From positions 448,001-512,000 of the forward strand of contig OY762069.1 of NCBI GenBank assembly GCA_963665095.1: a DNA stretch of 64,000 nt, in the 5' to 3' direction. This DNA comes from an uncultured Desulfobacter sp. (GTDB taxonomy: Bacteria; Desulfobacterota; Desulfobacteria; Desulfobacterales; Desulfobacteraceae). The position numbers were made by a program, and so were the translations under genes. The notes below the pieces were generated by a model that worked only from the letters and a program-made list of their open reading frames with translations, was not told where the DNA came from and did no database searches. Shown here piece by piece: positions 19,821 through 29,340 of the stretch (positions are counted from its first letter, which is position 1; the number at the start of each line of letters is the position of its first letter).

Positions 19821-20294
19821 ATGAAACTTCTATTCGTAGACGACGAACAGACCTTTCTGAAGTATCTTGCCAACCGCATGGTGTTGGAGGGATTCACGGT
19901 TAAAGCAACCTTTTCAGGAGAAGAAGCCATCCAGGCCGCCGCAGAAGAGGATTTTGACGTGGCTATTGTGGATCTTCACATGCCCGGCATTGATGGCATT
20001 GAGGTCCTCAAGCGCCTCAGGGAGCTGCAGCCCTTTTTGCCAAGTATCGTACTCACAGCACACGGCAGCGTTGACAATGCTCTGAAAAGTGCGAAATACA
20101 ACGCATTTAAATTTTTATCAAAACCGGTTGACATGGCCCTGCTTTTAAGAACCATTCAGGAAGCCCGTGCCCATCGGCTCGAATTCGAAGGCCGTTCTCA
20201 GGAACTCAATAACAGCCCTGGCGATTCATCAGATTCAGGAGCCATAGTAAAGCTGTTTAATAAACTGCGCGGGCTCTACGGCGTCAATGCCTGA
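19821..20294 (+). CDS. Response regulator (receiver domain with short C-terminal tail)
   Basis: LFVDDE, VDLHMPGIDG, LTAHG, KP. Confidence 0.9.
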   Translation: MKLLFVDDEQTFLKYLANRMVLEGFTVKATFSGEEAIQAAAEEDFDVAIVDLHMPGIDGIEVLKRLRELQPFLPSIVLTAHGSVDNALKSAKYNAFKFLSKPVDMALLLRTIQEARAHRLEFEGRSQELNNSPGDSSDSGAIVKLFNKLRGLYGVNA

Positions 20295-20360
20295 ACGCCT
20301 TTGCACCTGTACGTGATGTTTATCTGAACTTGTAGACTTTAAGTTTTAAGGAGGCCTGGT

Positions 20361-20912
20361 TTGACACAATCGACCCCCGGCGGTTGCGGCGCTGTTCAAC
20401 CGGAAAGGCGCAAAAAAAAGTTTTCAGTTACCTCATTTTTTTTGACCTTTTTGCTCATGTTTTTCACCTGGGTGATCCTGTCCGGAAATTTTTCAGGATT
20501 GCTTATCAGTTTGGGGCTGATATCCAGCTTGCTTGTGGCCTGGTTTTTTCACGATCTGCTTTTTCCCCATGTGACATCCCGGTATCCGGGTCTTTTTTTC
20601 CGTTTTATCGTCTATATTCCCTGGCTGATCTGGGAAATCGTAAAAGCGAATTTTCACCTGATGTTCCTGGTGTTCCATCCAAGGATGAAAGAGTTGATTG
20701 ATCCCCACATAACAGTTTTTCATACCGATCTGACATCAGATATTGCCATTACCACCCTGGCCAACTCCATAACGCTTACCCCGGGCACTATTACGGTGAG
20801 GGCAACAAATGACGGTGAATTCTCGGTTCATGCCATTGACAGGCCGTCTGCCGATGCCCTGCCCGGCACCATGGTGGACAAGGTGGCTGATATCTACGGA
20901 GAAAAATTATGA
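20361..20912 (+). CDS. mnhE: Mrp/Mnh Na+/H+ antiporter subunit E
   Basis: WEIVKAN, LANSITLTPGTIT, VHAI. Confidence 0.9.
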   Translation: MTQSTPGGCGAVQPERRKKKFSVTSFFLTFLLMFFTWVILSGNFSGLLISLGLISSLLVAWFFHDLLFPHVTSRYPGLFFRFIVYIPWLIWEIVKANFHLMFLVFHPRMKELIDPHITVFHTDLTSDIAITTLANSITLTPGTITVRATNDGEFSVHAIDRPSADALPGTMVDKVADIYGEKL

Positions 20913-21202
20913 ATACCTTTTTTTTATGCATTGGTTTAGGTCTTTGCCTGCTCATGTTTGTTTCCTTCTTCCGGTGCCTGGTGGGGCCCACTGTTTTAGA
21001 CCGGCTTATCGGCGTAAATGCCATCGGTACTAAAACCGTTGTCCTGCTTCTGCTGATAGGCCTTTTGTATGGGCGGGTGGATATGTTTGTGGACATTGCC
21101 CTGGCCTATGCATTCTTAAACTTTGTCGCTGTTATTGCTGCATCCCGGTATTTTCATAAAAGAAAAGGCCTGTATGAAGGATCCTTTAAGGAGACGCCAT
21201 GA
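20909..21202 (+). CDS. mnhF: Mrp/Mnh antiporter subunit F
   Basis: GPTVLDRL, DIALAYAFLNF. Confidence 0.9.
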   Translation: MNTFFLCIGLGLCLLMFVSFFRCLVGPTVLDRLIGVNAIGTKTVVLLLLIGLLYGRVDMFVDIALAYAFLNFVAVIAASRYFHKRKGLYEGSFKETP

Positions 21203-21543
21203 ACCTTTTTGTTATCATCTGTCTGTGCATTGGATTTCTATTTTTTCTTGGAGGCACCGTGGGAATCATCCGGATGCCCGATTTTTACTCACGGCTCCAT
21301 CCGGCAGGCAAGCTGGACACCTTGGGACTTTTTGCCATGGTGTCAGGCCTTGCTGCCTACAATCTGCATCATTTCTCCTTTGGAACCCTGCTGTTGTCCA
21401 TTAAGATGATGCTTGTGGTCTTTTTTGTATTCCTGTCAAGTCCCACGGCCACTCACTCCATTGTGGATGCCGGTATGCGGGCCGGCTTAAGTCCCTGGAC
21501 CCGGAAAAAACGTTCCCAATTCAACGGCACAGGAGAGGAATAG
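21199..21543 (+). CDS. mnhG: Mrp/Mnh antiporter subunit G
   Basis: GIIRMPDFYSRLH, SPTATH. Confidence 0.9.
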   Translation: MNLFVIICLCIGFLFFLGGTVGIIRMPDFYSRLHPAGKLDTLGLFAMVSGLAAYNLHHFSFGTLLLSIKMMLVVFFVFLSSPTATHSIVDAGMRAGLSPWTRKKRSQFNGTGEE

Positions 21544-21545
21544 TT

Positions 21546-21791
21546 ATGTACTGGCCCATTGATCTGATTATTTTAACCTTTGTCATTGTCTGTGCCTTAG
21601 CAGCCATCTACGTAAAGGATCTTTTAGGAACGGCAATCCTTTTCGGGGCCTACTCCTTTATGATGTGTCTTTTGTGGGCCGTCATGGGGGCTGTGGATGT
21701 GGCCTTTACCGAAGCAAGCGTTGGCGCAGGCGTCAGCACCGTGTTTTTCGTGGCCGCTGTATTTAGAACCAGCAGGAGGACAAAAGATTGA
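21546..21791 (+). CDS. DUF4040/MbhD-like Mrp subunit (equivalent to part of the MrpA C-terminus)
   Basis: GAVDVAFTEASVGAG motif, three TM segments. Confidence 0.82.
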   Translation: MYWPIDLIILTFVIVCALAAIYVKDLLGTAILFGAYSFMMCLLWAVMGAVDVAFTEASVGAGVSTVFFVAAVFRTSRRTKD

Positions 21792-22606
21792 AACTGTTAA
21801 GTCTGATTGTGGTCTGCCTGACCGGCGGGCTTTTATTGTACGGAACAGCCGATCTGCCGGACTGGGGGGATGCCAATGCACCGGCGTCGCTTCACCTGTC
21901 TGATTATTATATTGAAAATGCCGTAAAGGATACTGAAGTGCCCAATCTGGTGACAGCTGTCCTGGCCGACTATAGAGGGTTTGACACCATGTTTGAAACT
22001 GCAGTGGTGTTTTGTGCCGGCCTGGCCTGTTTTCTTCTGCTTAGAGATTTTACGCCCAAGCAGGATCACTATTATCGGCATGTGCCCACCGGCGTAATTC
22101 TTCATGTGAAAAATCCGGAGCGGAAAGTTGTCACAGGCAATGAATTTGAAGATATGGACAAGGAGTGGGTGCCTTCGGATACCATCATCAAAACGGCGTG
22201 CCGGATTCTGATTCCCTTTATTCAGATTTACGCCTTTTATGTCGTGGCCCACGGGGATTTTTCCCCGGGCGGCGGGTTCCAGGGTGGCGTCATTTTCGGG
22301 TCCAGCCTGATTCTTCTGGCCATCTCATATAATTTGAAATACCTGATCAAACGGGTGGGGGAAAAATTTTTAGGGATACTTTCTGCAGCCGGTGTTCTGG
22401 TTTATGTGGGCATTGGCGCCATTGTCATGGTGCTTGGCGGAAACTTTCTGGATTATGGGAAATATGCCCCGATCTTCGGGGAACACCATATACGGGCCTT
22501 GGGTATGCTCGGGGTTGAAATCGGCGTGGGCATGGCTGTGACTGCTGTCATGGTCATTATCTACATTAATATCGTGTCTGAAGGCAGGCACGATGAAGGA
22601 TTGTAA
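21788..22606 (+). CDS. mnhB: Mrp/Mnh antiporter subunit B (MbhE-like plus MnhB fusion)
   Basis: NLVTAVLADYRGFDTMFE and HGDFSPGGGFQGG. Confidence 0.88.
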   Translation: MKLLSLIVVCLTGGLLLYGTADLPDWGDANAPASLHLSDYYIENAVKDTEVPNLVTAVLADYRGFDTMFETAVVFCAGLACFLLLRDFTPKQDHYYRHVPTGVILHVKNPERKVVTGNEFEDMDKEWVPSDTIIKTACRILIPFIQIYAFYVVAHGDFSPGGGFQGGVIFGSSLILLAISYNLKYLIKRVGEKFLGILSAAGVLVYVGIGAIVMVLGGNFLDYGKYAPIFGEHHIRALGMLGVEIGVGMAVTAVMVIIYINIVSEGRHDEGL

Positions 22607-22615
22607 GGAAGCGCT

Positions 22616-23017
22616 ATGGCTGAATTTTTTACACTGATCGCGGCCAAATACAATTACTGGCTTTATATTATTCTGATGATGATCGGTCTTTATGCCATGA
22701 TTGCCAAAAATAACCTGATGAAAAAGCTGGTGGGCATGAACATTTTCCAGACCGCCATCATCCTGTTCTACGTCTCCATCGGGTTTAAGCACAATGCCAC
22801 GATCCCTATTATCATGGGAGACCATGGTCACGGCGGGCACGGGGCTGCAATCCATGCAGCCGATTACATCAATCCGGTGCCCCATGTGCTCATGCTCACT
22901 GCCATTGTGGTCTCCGTGGCCACATTCGGGGTGGCCATGGCTCTTTGTGTCAGGGTTTACCAGCGGTATCACACCCTGGAAGAAGATGAACTAAGAATGC
23001 GCCTATCGGAAAAATAA
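22616..23017 (+). CDS. mnhC: Mrp/Mnh antiporter subunit C
   Basis: NLMKKLVG, NPVPHVLMLTAIVV. Confidence 0.9.
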   Translation: MAEFFTLIAAKYNYWLYIILMMIGLYAMIAKNNLMKKLVGMNIFQTAIILFYVSIGFKHNATIPIIMGDHGHGGHGAAIHAADYINPVPHVLMLTAIVVSVATFGVAMALCVRVYQRYHTLEEDELRMRLSEK

Positions 23018-23021
23018 GATT

Positions 23022-24530
23022 ATGAATCACTATCCAGCCATTGTTGTCATCGCTCCCCTGTTAGGGGCCTTTATCGCCGGAATTCTTGCATGGGTTCAGG
23101 ATCGGTATACCTATCCTGCCACGCTAGTTGCCGTGGGTATTTCCTGTGCCGCTGCCGTCTATGACCTGATTTTTGTGGCAGCCAACGGCCCCATTGCCTA
23201 CCATATGGCCGGCTGGGCCCCGCCCATGGGCATTGAATATCGCATTGACACCCTGAACGCCATGGTCCTGGTCCTGATCACAGCCATTGCCTTTTTAAAC
23301 CTTGTGGCATCCTGGCCCAATGTGAAAAAGGAGCTGCCGGACCGCAGCCCCTCTTTCTACGTGATGTATCTTCTATTTGTGGTGGGACTGACAGGCGTTG
23401 CATCCACCGGGGACTTGTTTAACTTGTATGTCCTGATCGAAATCACCTCGCTGAGTTCCTACACGATGATCGCCCTGGGCGACAGGGACCGGGGGCCGAT
23501 TTCTGCTTTGAACTATATTTTTGTGGGTGTCATAGGTGCCTCGTTCTATCTTCTCGGGGTAGGTTACATCTATATTAAGACCGGGACGCTGAACATGGCG
23601 GAGTTTGCATCCATGGTGCCGGCCATTCAGGATTCCACCACCCTTCTCACCGCCTTTATCCTGTGCATTGTGGGGGTCTTCATTAAAATGGCCCTGTTTC
23701 CTTTGCATGTCTGGCTGCCCAATGCCTACAGCTTTGCACCAGTGGGCTTTGCCCGGATCGTGGCCCCGCTGATGACCAAGGTGATGGTTTATGCCATGGT
23801 GCGGCTGATGCTCACCGTTTTTGGCCTGGACTATATCTTCATTCATCTGCACCTGGCCGACACTGTGGTGTGGCTGGGCACTATTGCGATTCTGGCCGGT
23901 GGTGTCATGGCCCTGGCCCAGACGAATCTTAAAAAAATGCTCGCATATATCATCGTGTGTGAAATCGGGTACATGGTGGGCGGTGCCTGGCTGGGTAATG
24001 ATGCCGGCCTGACAGGTGCGATCCTTCACACTTTGAACGACGGGATCATGACCTTTGCCCTGTTCCTTGCTGTGGGTAACATGGTCTACAAACTGGACCG
24101 GGTAGAGATACGTGATCTTCAGGGGCTGTTTGCGAAAATGCCCTGGACCATGACCGGATTTGTCCTGGCCGCCTTCAGTATCGTGGGCGTGCCGCCCACC
24201 TGCGGATTCTTTTCCAAATGGTATCTGATTTTAGGGGCGTTTCAGGCCGGGGCCTGGCATTTTGCCGGGGCACTGCTCATTTCATCCCTGATCTGCGCCA
24301 TCCTTTTTTTCAAGGTGTTCGAGGTCTGCTTTTTCGGGTCCACGGACACAGGGGACGGGCATGGCAGCGATGCCCATGGCCACCATGGACATCATGCCCC
24401 TGTGGCGATCCAGGAGGCCCCGGCTATATCCCTTGTGATCCTGGGTCTGGCTGGCATCAGCCTGGTTGTGATGGGGCTGTATTCAAAAACAATCGTTGTC
24501 AGAATGATCTGGCCGTTATTGAATCCGTAA
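23022..24530 (+). CDS. mnhD: Mrp/Mnh antiporter subunit D family, copy 1
   Basis: GWAPPMGIE, TGDLFNLYVLIE, KMALFPLHVWLPNAY, GVPPTCGFFSKW. Confidence 0.88.
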   Translation: MNHYPAIVVIAPLLGAFIAGILAWVQDRYTYPATLVAVGISCAAAVYDLIFVAANGPIAYHMAGWAPPMGIEYRIDTLNAMVLVLITAIAFLNLVASWPNVKKELPDRSPSFYVMYLLFVVGLTGVASTGDLFNLYVLIEITSLSSYTMIALGDRDRGPISALNYIFVGVIGASFYLLGVGYIYIKTGTLNMAEFASMVPAIQDSTTLLTAFILCIVGVFIKMALFPLHVWLPNAYSFAPVGFARIVAPLMTKVMVYAMVRLMLTVFGLDYIFIHLHLADTVVWLGTIAILAGGVMALAQTNLKKMLAYIIVCEIGYMVGGAWLGNDAGLTGAILHTLNDGIMTFALFLAVGNMVYKLDRVEIRDLQGLFAKMPWTMTGFVLAAFSIVGVPPTCGFFSKWYLILGAFQAGAWHFAGALLISSLICAILFFKVFEVCFFGSTDTGDGHGSDAHGHHGHHAPVAIQEAPAISLVILGLAGISLVVMGLYSKTIVVRMIWPLLNP

Positions 24531-24586
24531 ATCATGGCCCCTTGAAATTGTTGAACCCTTAAACCCGTTTATAGGTAAAGGCATAC

Positions 24587-26068
24587 ATGGAATTTATACT
24601 ATCGATCAAACCTGTTTTGGCTGTGTTAGTCCCCTTAGGCGTGATACCGGTGCTGGTCTCTTCCGGGGGGCGTCCCAATGTCCGCGAAGCCTGGACCTTC
24701 ATTGCCGGTATCATCGCATTTGCCCTGGTGGCATCCATGGTACCGGCGGTTCTGGGTGGAAATACGATCGGTCTGACACTGTTTCCCATTGCGCCGGGTG
24801 CTGATATTGCCCTGAGGGTGGATGCTTTAGGCATGTTGTTTGCCCTGGTGGCGTCATCACTTTATATTATTACATCCATGTATTCCATCGGGTATATGCG
24901 CGGGCTTGATGAACACGGCCAGACAAGGTTTGTCGCCTTTTTTGCCCTGGCCATCAGCGCCACCATCGGGGCTGCTTTTTCCGCCAATCTGCTTACGTTG
25001 TATCTCTTTTATGAAATTTTGTCGCTGGCCACCTATCCTCTGGTGACCCATCACCAGGATGAGACCTCCAAGGTGTCGGGCAGAAGATATCTGATTTTTA
25101 TTCTGGGCACCTCCATCGGCCTGGTCCTGCCTGCCATGATCTGGTGTTACCATGCCACCGGTACGTTAGAATTTTCAGGGGCCGGCATTTTTGCCGGTCA
25201 CCTGTCAGCGCCCGCAGCCACCGTCCTTCTTTTAATGTTTGTCTTCGGATTTGCCAAAGCAGGCATCATGCCGGTACACTCCTGGCTGCCGGCTGCCATG
25301 GTGGCACCCACCCCGGTATCTGCGTTGCTGCATGCTGTGGCCGTGGTTAAGGTCGGCGTCTTTTCCATTGTCCGGGTGCTCACCGGCATCTTTGGGGTGG
25401 AGCTTCTCTCCTCTTTGGGCCTGGGCGGTCTTGTGGCATTTATTGCATCGGTAACCATTCTGGTCAGCTCGGCCATTGCCCTGTCCCAGGATGAATTCAA
25501 GCGGCGGCTGGCCTATTCCACCATTGGCCAGCTCTCATATATTGTGCTGGGGGCGGCGCTGTTGTCTCCCAAGGGCATGACCGGCGGACTTTTACACATC
25601 GCCATGCATGCCTTTGGCAAGATCACTTTGTTTTTCTGTGCCGGGGCCATTTTTGTGGCCACAGGAAAAAAATATTTAAGCCAGATGGTGGGGATCGGCT
25701 ATCGCATGCCTGTGACCATGACCGCCTTTCTCATTGGTTCCATGTCCATTATCGGACTGCCGCCCACCGGTGGATTCATCAGTAAATGGTATCTGGTGTT
25801 AGGCACCCTGGAAGGGGATCAGGCTGTCATGCTCTTTGTGCTTTTAACCTCATCTCTGCTCAATGCCGCCTATTTCATGCCCATATTTTACAAGGCCTTT
25901 TTCTGTACCCCGGAAGAGGCCATGTTTGAACGTAAATTGGATGAGGCACCTGTCATGTGCGTGGTGCCTCTGGTCATCACTGCAATGATATCTTTTGTGC
26001 TTTTCTTTGCCCCCCAACCGTTTCTGGATCTGGCATCCCTTGCCGTGACCGGTTTTACAGGAGGATAG
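24587..26068 (+). CDS. MrpD/NuoL-M-N family antiporter-like subunit, copy 2
   Basis: YLFYE, KAGIMPVHSWLPAAMVAPTPVSALLHAVAVVK, KRRLAYST, HAFGKITLF. Confidence 0.88.
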   Translation: MEFILSIKPVLAVLVPLGVIPVLVSSGGRPNVREAWTFIAGIIAFALVASMVPAVLGGNTIGLTLFPIAPGADIALRVDALGMLFALVASSLYIITSMYSIGYMRGLDEHGQTRFVAFFALAISATIGAAFSANLLTLYLFYEILSLATYPLVTHHQDETSKVSGRRYLIFILGTSIGLVLPAMIWCYHATGTLEFSGAGIFAGHLSAPAATVLLLMFVFGFAKAGIMPVHSWLPAAMVAPTPVSALLHAVAVVKVGVFSIVRVLTGIFGVELLSSLGLGGLVAFIASVTILVSSAIALSQDEFKRRLAYSTIGQLSYIVLGAALLSPKGMTGGLLHIAMHAFGKITLFFCAGAIFVATGKKYLSQMVGIGYRMPVTMTAFLIGSMSIIGLPPTGGFISKWYLVLGTLEGDQAVMLFVLLTSSLLNAAYFMPIFYKAFFCTPEEAMFERKLDEAPVMCVVPLVITAMISFVLFFAPQPFLDLASLAVTGFTGG

Positions 26069-26073
26069 AATAA

Positions 26074-26208
26074 ATGAGCGCCCCACATGACAAAGAACTG
26101 ATGGAGTTAAAGCATGACCCGGTACCGGGATATAAGCCGGTGTTCGTGGTGGTTTTCACCATTGCCTGCCTCTACATGGCATTTATTTTATTCCATTCAC
26201 CGTTTTAA
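26074..26208 (+). CDS. Small single-TM protein (44 aa) inside the mrp operon
   Basis: Manual ORF MSAPHDKELMELKHDPVPGYKPVFVVVFTIACLYMAFILFHSPF with an AGGAGG RBS. It fills the gap between operon genes and is below the track length cutoff. Confidence 0.7.
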   Translation: MSAPHDKELMELKHDPVPGYKPVFVVVFTIACLYMAFILFHSPF

Positions 26209-26227
26209 GTTTTAAGGACTATCGCCC

Positions 26228-26503
26228 ATGGAAGAAAAACAACATCTGTTTGACAATCCCAAAAATGTAAAGCGGCTGCTGGCAATATTTTTCACCTGCG
26301 TGGTAGGCCTGCTTGTTCTGGACGGGGTGTATCTTTATTTGGCCAAACACCATGTCATTCACCACCACGCCTCTTATGAGTGGGAAAATTTCTGGGGGTT
26401 TTATTCATTTTACGGATTTGTGGCCTGCGTCATCCTGGTGCTGGTTTCAAAGTATGTGCTGCGTCCCCTTGTAAAGCGGCGGGAGGACTATTATGACCAC
26501 TGA
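26228..26503 (+). CDS. Small 2-TM hypothetical membrane protein associated with the mrp operon
   Basis: Two hydrophobic segments, FYSFYGFVACVILV...KRREDYYD. Overlaps the next gene. Confidence 0.8.
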   Translation: MEEKQHLFDNPKNVKRLLAIFFTCVVGLLVLDGVYLYLAKHHVIHHHASYEWENFWGFYSFYGFVACVILVLVSKYVLRPLVKRREDYYDH

Positions 26504-28319
26504 GACGATTGTAGCTGCCAAGGCGGTTCTGTCAACTGATATAATGCCAGCCCTGATTTTCATGGTGGGCGGCATGCTGGTGCCCTTTTTTAAAGGCCGG
26601 GCCAAGTCAATCTATATGATGCTTATCCCGGTGGTGGGATTTTTAAACCTGATCCATATCCCATTGGGGGATTATCATCAGCTTGCCTTTGGCGGGTTTA
26701 ACCTGGTGCTCCTCCATGTTGACCGGCTAAGCCTGCTGTTTGGCTATATTTTTCATATTATCGCCTTGATCACGGTCATTTATATCTTAGGGTTTAAAAA
26801 CGATGTGGAGTATGTGGCAGGTTTTTTCTATGCCGGTGCCGCCCTGGGAGCCATATTTGCCGGAGATCTTTTCACCTTTTTTGTCTTCTGGGAGGCTTTG
26901 ACCATTGGCTCGGTCATGCTTATCTGGTCCAGGAAAACCCGGAAAGCCCAGTCAGCCGGTTTTCGTTATCTTCTGGTCCATGCCTTTGGCGGGCTGGTGC
27001 TGCTGGCTGGCATTGTATTGCATTATTCAGGCACCAGTTCCCTTGAGATGTCCCTTTTTACCCTGTCCAATACCGCATCCTGGTGCATGTTTTTAGGCAT
27101 CGGCATCAACTGTGCCTGGCCGGTTCTGCATCCCTGGCTCACCGACGCTTATCCTGAAGCCACCATCGGCGGTGCGGTCTTTTTAAGTGCCTTTACCACC
27201 AAAACAGCAGTGTATGCCCTGGCAAGACTTTATCCGGGTACAGATCTTCTGATCTGGATTGGTGTGGGCATGGCAGCCTTCCCCATTTTTTATGCCGTGA
27301 TTGAAAATGACCTTCGACGGGTACTGGCCTACAGCCTGATCAACCAGGTGGGGTTCATGGTTGTGGGCATTGGTATCGGCACCGAGCTTGCCATCAACGG
27401 GGCCTGTGCCCATGCCTTTAATGATATTTTGTTCAAGGGCCTGCTCTTCATGACCATGGGGGCGGTGATGTACCGCACCGGTAAAATCAATGCCACCGAT
27501 CTTGGCGGGCTTTACAAAAGCATGCCCTGGACGTGCCTGTTCTGCATTGTGGGGGCGGCCTCTATTTCAGCGTTCCCGCTTTTTTCAGGTTTTGTCTCCA
27601 AATCCATGGTGATGTCGGCGGTGGCGCACATGTCCCATGAGGCAGGGCAGGGGGCTCTTGTCTTTGTCTGGCTGGTGCTGCTTTTTGCCGCCGCCGGTGT
27701 ATTCCACCATGCCGGCATCAAGATTCCGTTTTTTGCCTTTTTCGGCCATGATGCCGGCCACAGAGTCAAGGAAGCGCCCTTGAACATGCTCATTGCCATG
27801 GGAATCGCGGCTTTTTTATGTGTGTTCATTGGTACCTTTCCAAAGTATCTGTATTCGGTACTGCCGTTTCCGGTGGATTATGAACCTTACAGTATTTCCC
27901 ATGTGCTGACCCAGACAGAACTGCTTTTTTTCTCTGCGCTGGCCTTCTGTCTGCTGCTGCTTTCCGGTATTTATCCTGCAGAACAGCGGGCAGTGAATCT
28001 GGATGCAGACTGGATTTACCGCAAGGGCGGAAAATCCGTGTATACCATTCTGGATAGCATCTTGAATCCTTTGAATACCGGATGTGAAAAAGTGGTCAGG
28101 GCAGTGGCTTCAGCGGCCGCCATTATTTTTAAAGATGCCCCGGCCAGGATTGCCCTGTTTGTATCCGTGAATATCTGGCTTGTCTTCGGTTTACGGGGAA
28201 GATACCTGGCTTTACGGAAATCACGGCTTTATAACGATGCCATGGAGGGAACCATGCCCATTGGCTTAGGGGCGGCCGTGGCGGTTGGATTTGTAATGCT
28301 GGTGTATATTTTGACCTGA
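26493..28319 (+). CDS. MrpD/MrpA-like antiporter subunit, copy 3 (C-terminally extended)
   Basis: FVFWE, LHPWLTDAYPEAT, RRVLAYS, HAFNDILFKGLLFM, FPLFSGFVSKS, plus a long C-terminal extension ending in a TM segment. Confidence 0.88.
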   Translation: MTTETIVAAKAVLSTDIMPALIFMVGGMLVPFFKGRAKSIYMMLIPVVGFLNLIHIPLGDYHQLAFGGFNLVLLHVDRLSLLFGYIFHIIALITVIYILGFKNDVEYVAGFFYAGAALGAIFAGDLFTFFVFWEALTIGSVMLIWSRKTRKAQSAGFRYLLVHAFGGLVLLAGIVLHYSGTSSLEMSLFTLSNTASWCMFLGIGINCAWPVLHPWLTDAYPEATIGGAVFLSAFTTKTAVYALARLYPGTDLLIWIGVGMAAFPIFYAVIENDLRRVLAYSLINQVGFMVVGIGIGTELAINGACAHAFNDILFKGLLFMTMGAVMYRTGKINATDLGGLYKSMPWTCLFCIVGAASISAFPLFSGFVSKSMVMSAVAHMSHEAGQGALVFVWLVLLFAAAGVFHHAGIKIPFFAFFGHDAGHRVKEAPLNMLIAMGIAAFLCVFIGTFPKYLYSVLPFPVDYEPYSISHVLTQTELLFFSALAFCLLLLSGIYPAEQRAVNLDADWIYRKGGKSVYTILDSILNPLNTGCEKVVRAVASAAAIIFKDAPARIALFVSVNIWLVFGLRGRYLALRKSRLYNDAMEGTMPIGLGAAVAVGFVMLVYILT

Positions 28320-28330
28320 GGAAAATAACT

Positions 28331-28837
28331 ATGGTAAGAATCGAAGATCTTAAGCGAATCAACATGCTGGCCCGGGTGCCGGATCATCTGCTGGAAATTC
28401 TCAGTGAAAAAGCCCAGCTTAATATCTACGGCACCGATACCCTGCTTTTTTCAGCAGGGGAAAAGATTGAGATTTTTTATATGATTGTCATGGGCCAGGT
28501 GGAGCTGAAGGTGCCCTTGTCTGAAGATATTGATGTTATCTTGGATATTCTTCAGGCCGGCAGGTCCTTAGGGTCATCCGCTCTGATCCCGAAAGCAAAA
28601 TCCTCTTACACGGCTGTCTGCCAGGAACCGTGTGAAATCATTACCTTGAACGGACCTGAACTGCAGACCCTGTTTAACGAGAATAAAGAGCTTGCCTATT
28701 ATCTGATGGCGGGCGTGGCCGGACAGTATAAACGGACAATGGACCGGAGGGCCCGCATGATTTTAAAAACCCTGGAAGAACATCCCGAATTTAAACACCG
28801 TGTCAGAGATATTGACGAGCTTACGCCGGTATATTAA
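28331..28837 (+). CDS. Cyclic-nucleotide-binding-domain protein without HTH
   Basis: LFSAGE...FYMIVMGQVEL...GRSLGSSAL...YTAVC, a cNMP beta-barrel pattern. Confidence 0.8.
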   Translation: MVRIEDLKRINMLARVPDHLLEILSEKAQLNIYGTDTLLFSAGEKIEIFYMIVMGQVELKVPLSEDIDVILDILQAGRSLGSSALIPKAKSSYTAVCQEPCEIITLNGPELQTLFNENKELAYYLMAGVAGQYKRTMDRRARMILKTLEEHPEFKHRVRDIDELTPVY

Positions 28838-28860
28838 TTTTTCACCCATAGGACAACCAC

Positions 28861-29340
28861 ATGGTAGAGATTGAAAAACTTAAAGAGATCCATTTCCTCA
28901 AAGACCTGTCCGATGACACACTGGATAAAGTCAGCACGGTGGTCCAGATGAATGATTTCAGCGAAGAGACGGTCCTCATTCGCCAGGATAATCCCCAGCG
29001 CACCATTTTCATGCTGCTTAAAGGCACCGTTTTTCTGAACTGCAGGGTGGCCTCGGGCAAAGCTGTGACCCTGGATGAGATTAAAAATGGCCAGACATTC
29101 GGGCTTTCCAGTCTGATGGCGGCCTCGCCTGCCACATATACAGCCATATGTGCCGAAGACAGCAGGATTTTAACCATTGCCGCTGACCAGGCCCTTGAGT
29201 TGTTTGAATCAGACTATGACACAGGATTTGAGGTGATGCGTCATGCTGTTGAAGTATTTAAAGACCGCATGAGCCGGCATACCGTTTTGTTTATGGATGC
29301 CCTGCGCTCCCATCCGGCCGTTGTGTGCGGCGAGATATAA
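28861..29340 (+). CDS. Cyclic-nucleotide-binding-domain protein without HTH (paralog)
   Basis: LIRQD...IFMLLKGTV...GQTFGLSSL...YTAIC. Resembles the upstream gene. Confidence 0.8.
   Translation: MVEIEKLKEIHFLKDLSDDTLDKVSTVVQMNDFSEETVLIRQDNPQRTIFMLLKGTVFLNCRVASGKAVTLDEIKNGQTFGLSSLMAASPATYTAICAEDSRILTIAADQALELFESDYDTGFEVMRHAVEVFKDRMSRHTVLFMDALRSHPAVVCGEI

Noticed and set aside
20361..28319. Energy-converting hydrogenase (Mbh/Ech/Hyf) or complex I
   Set aside because: The cluster has no NiFe large or small subunit, no NuoH-like subunit and no Fe-S subunits.
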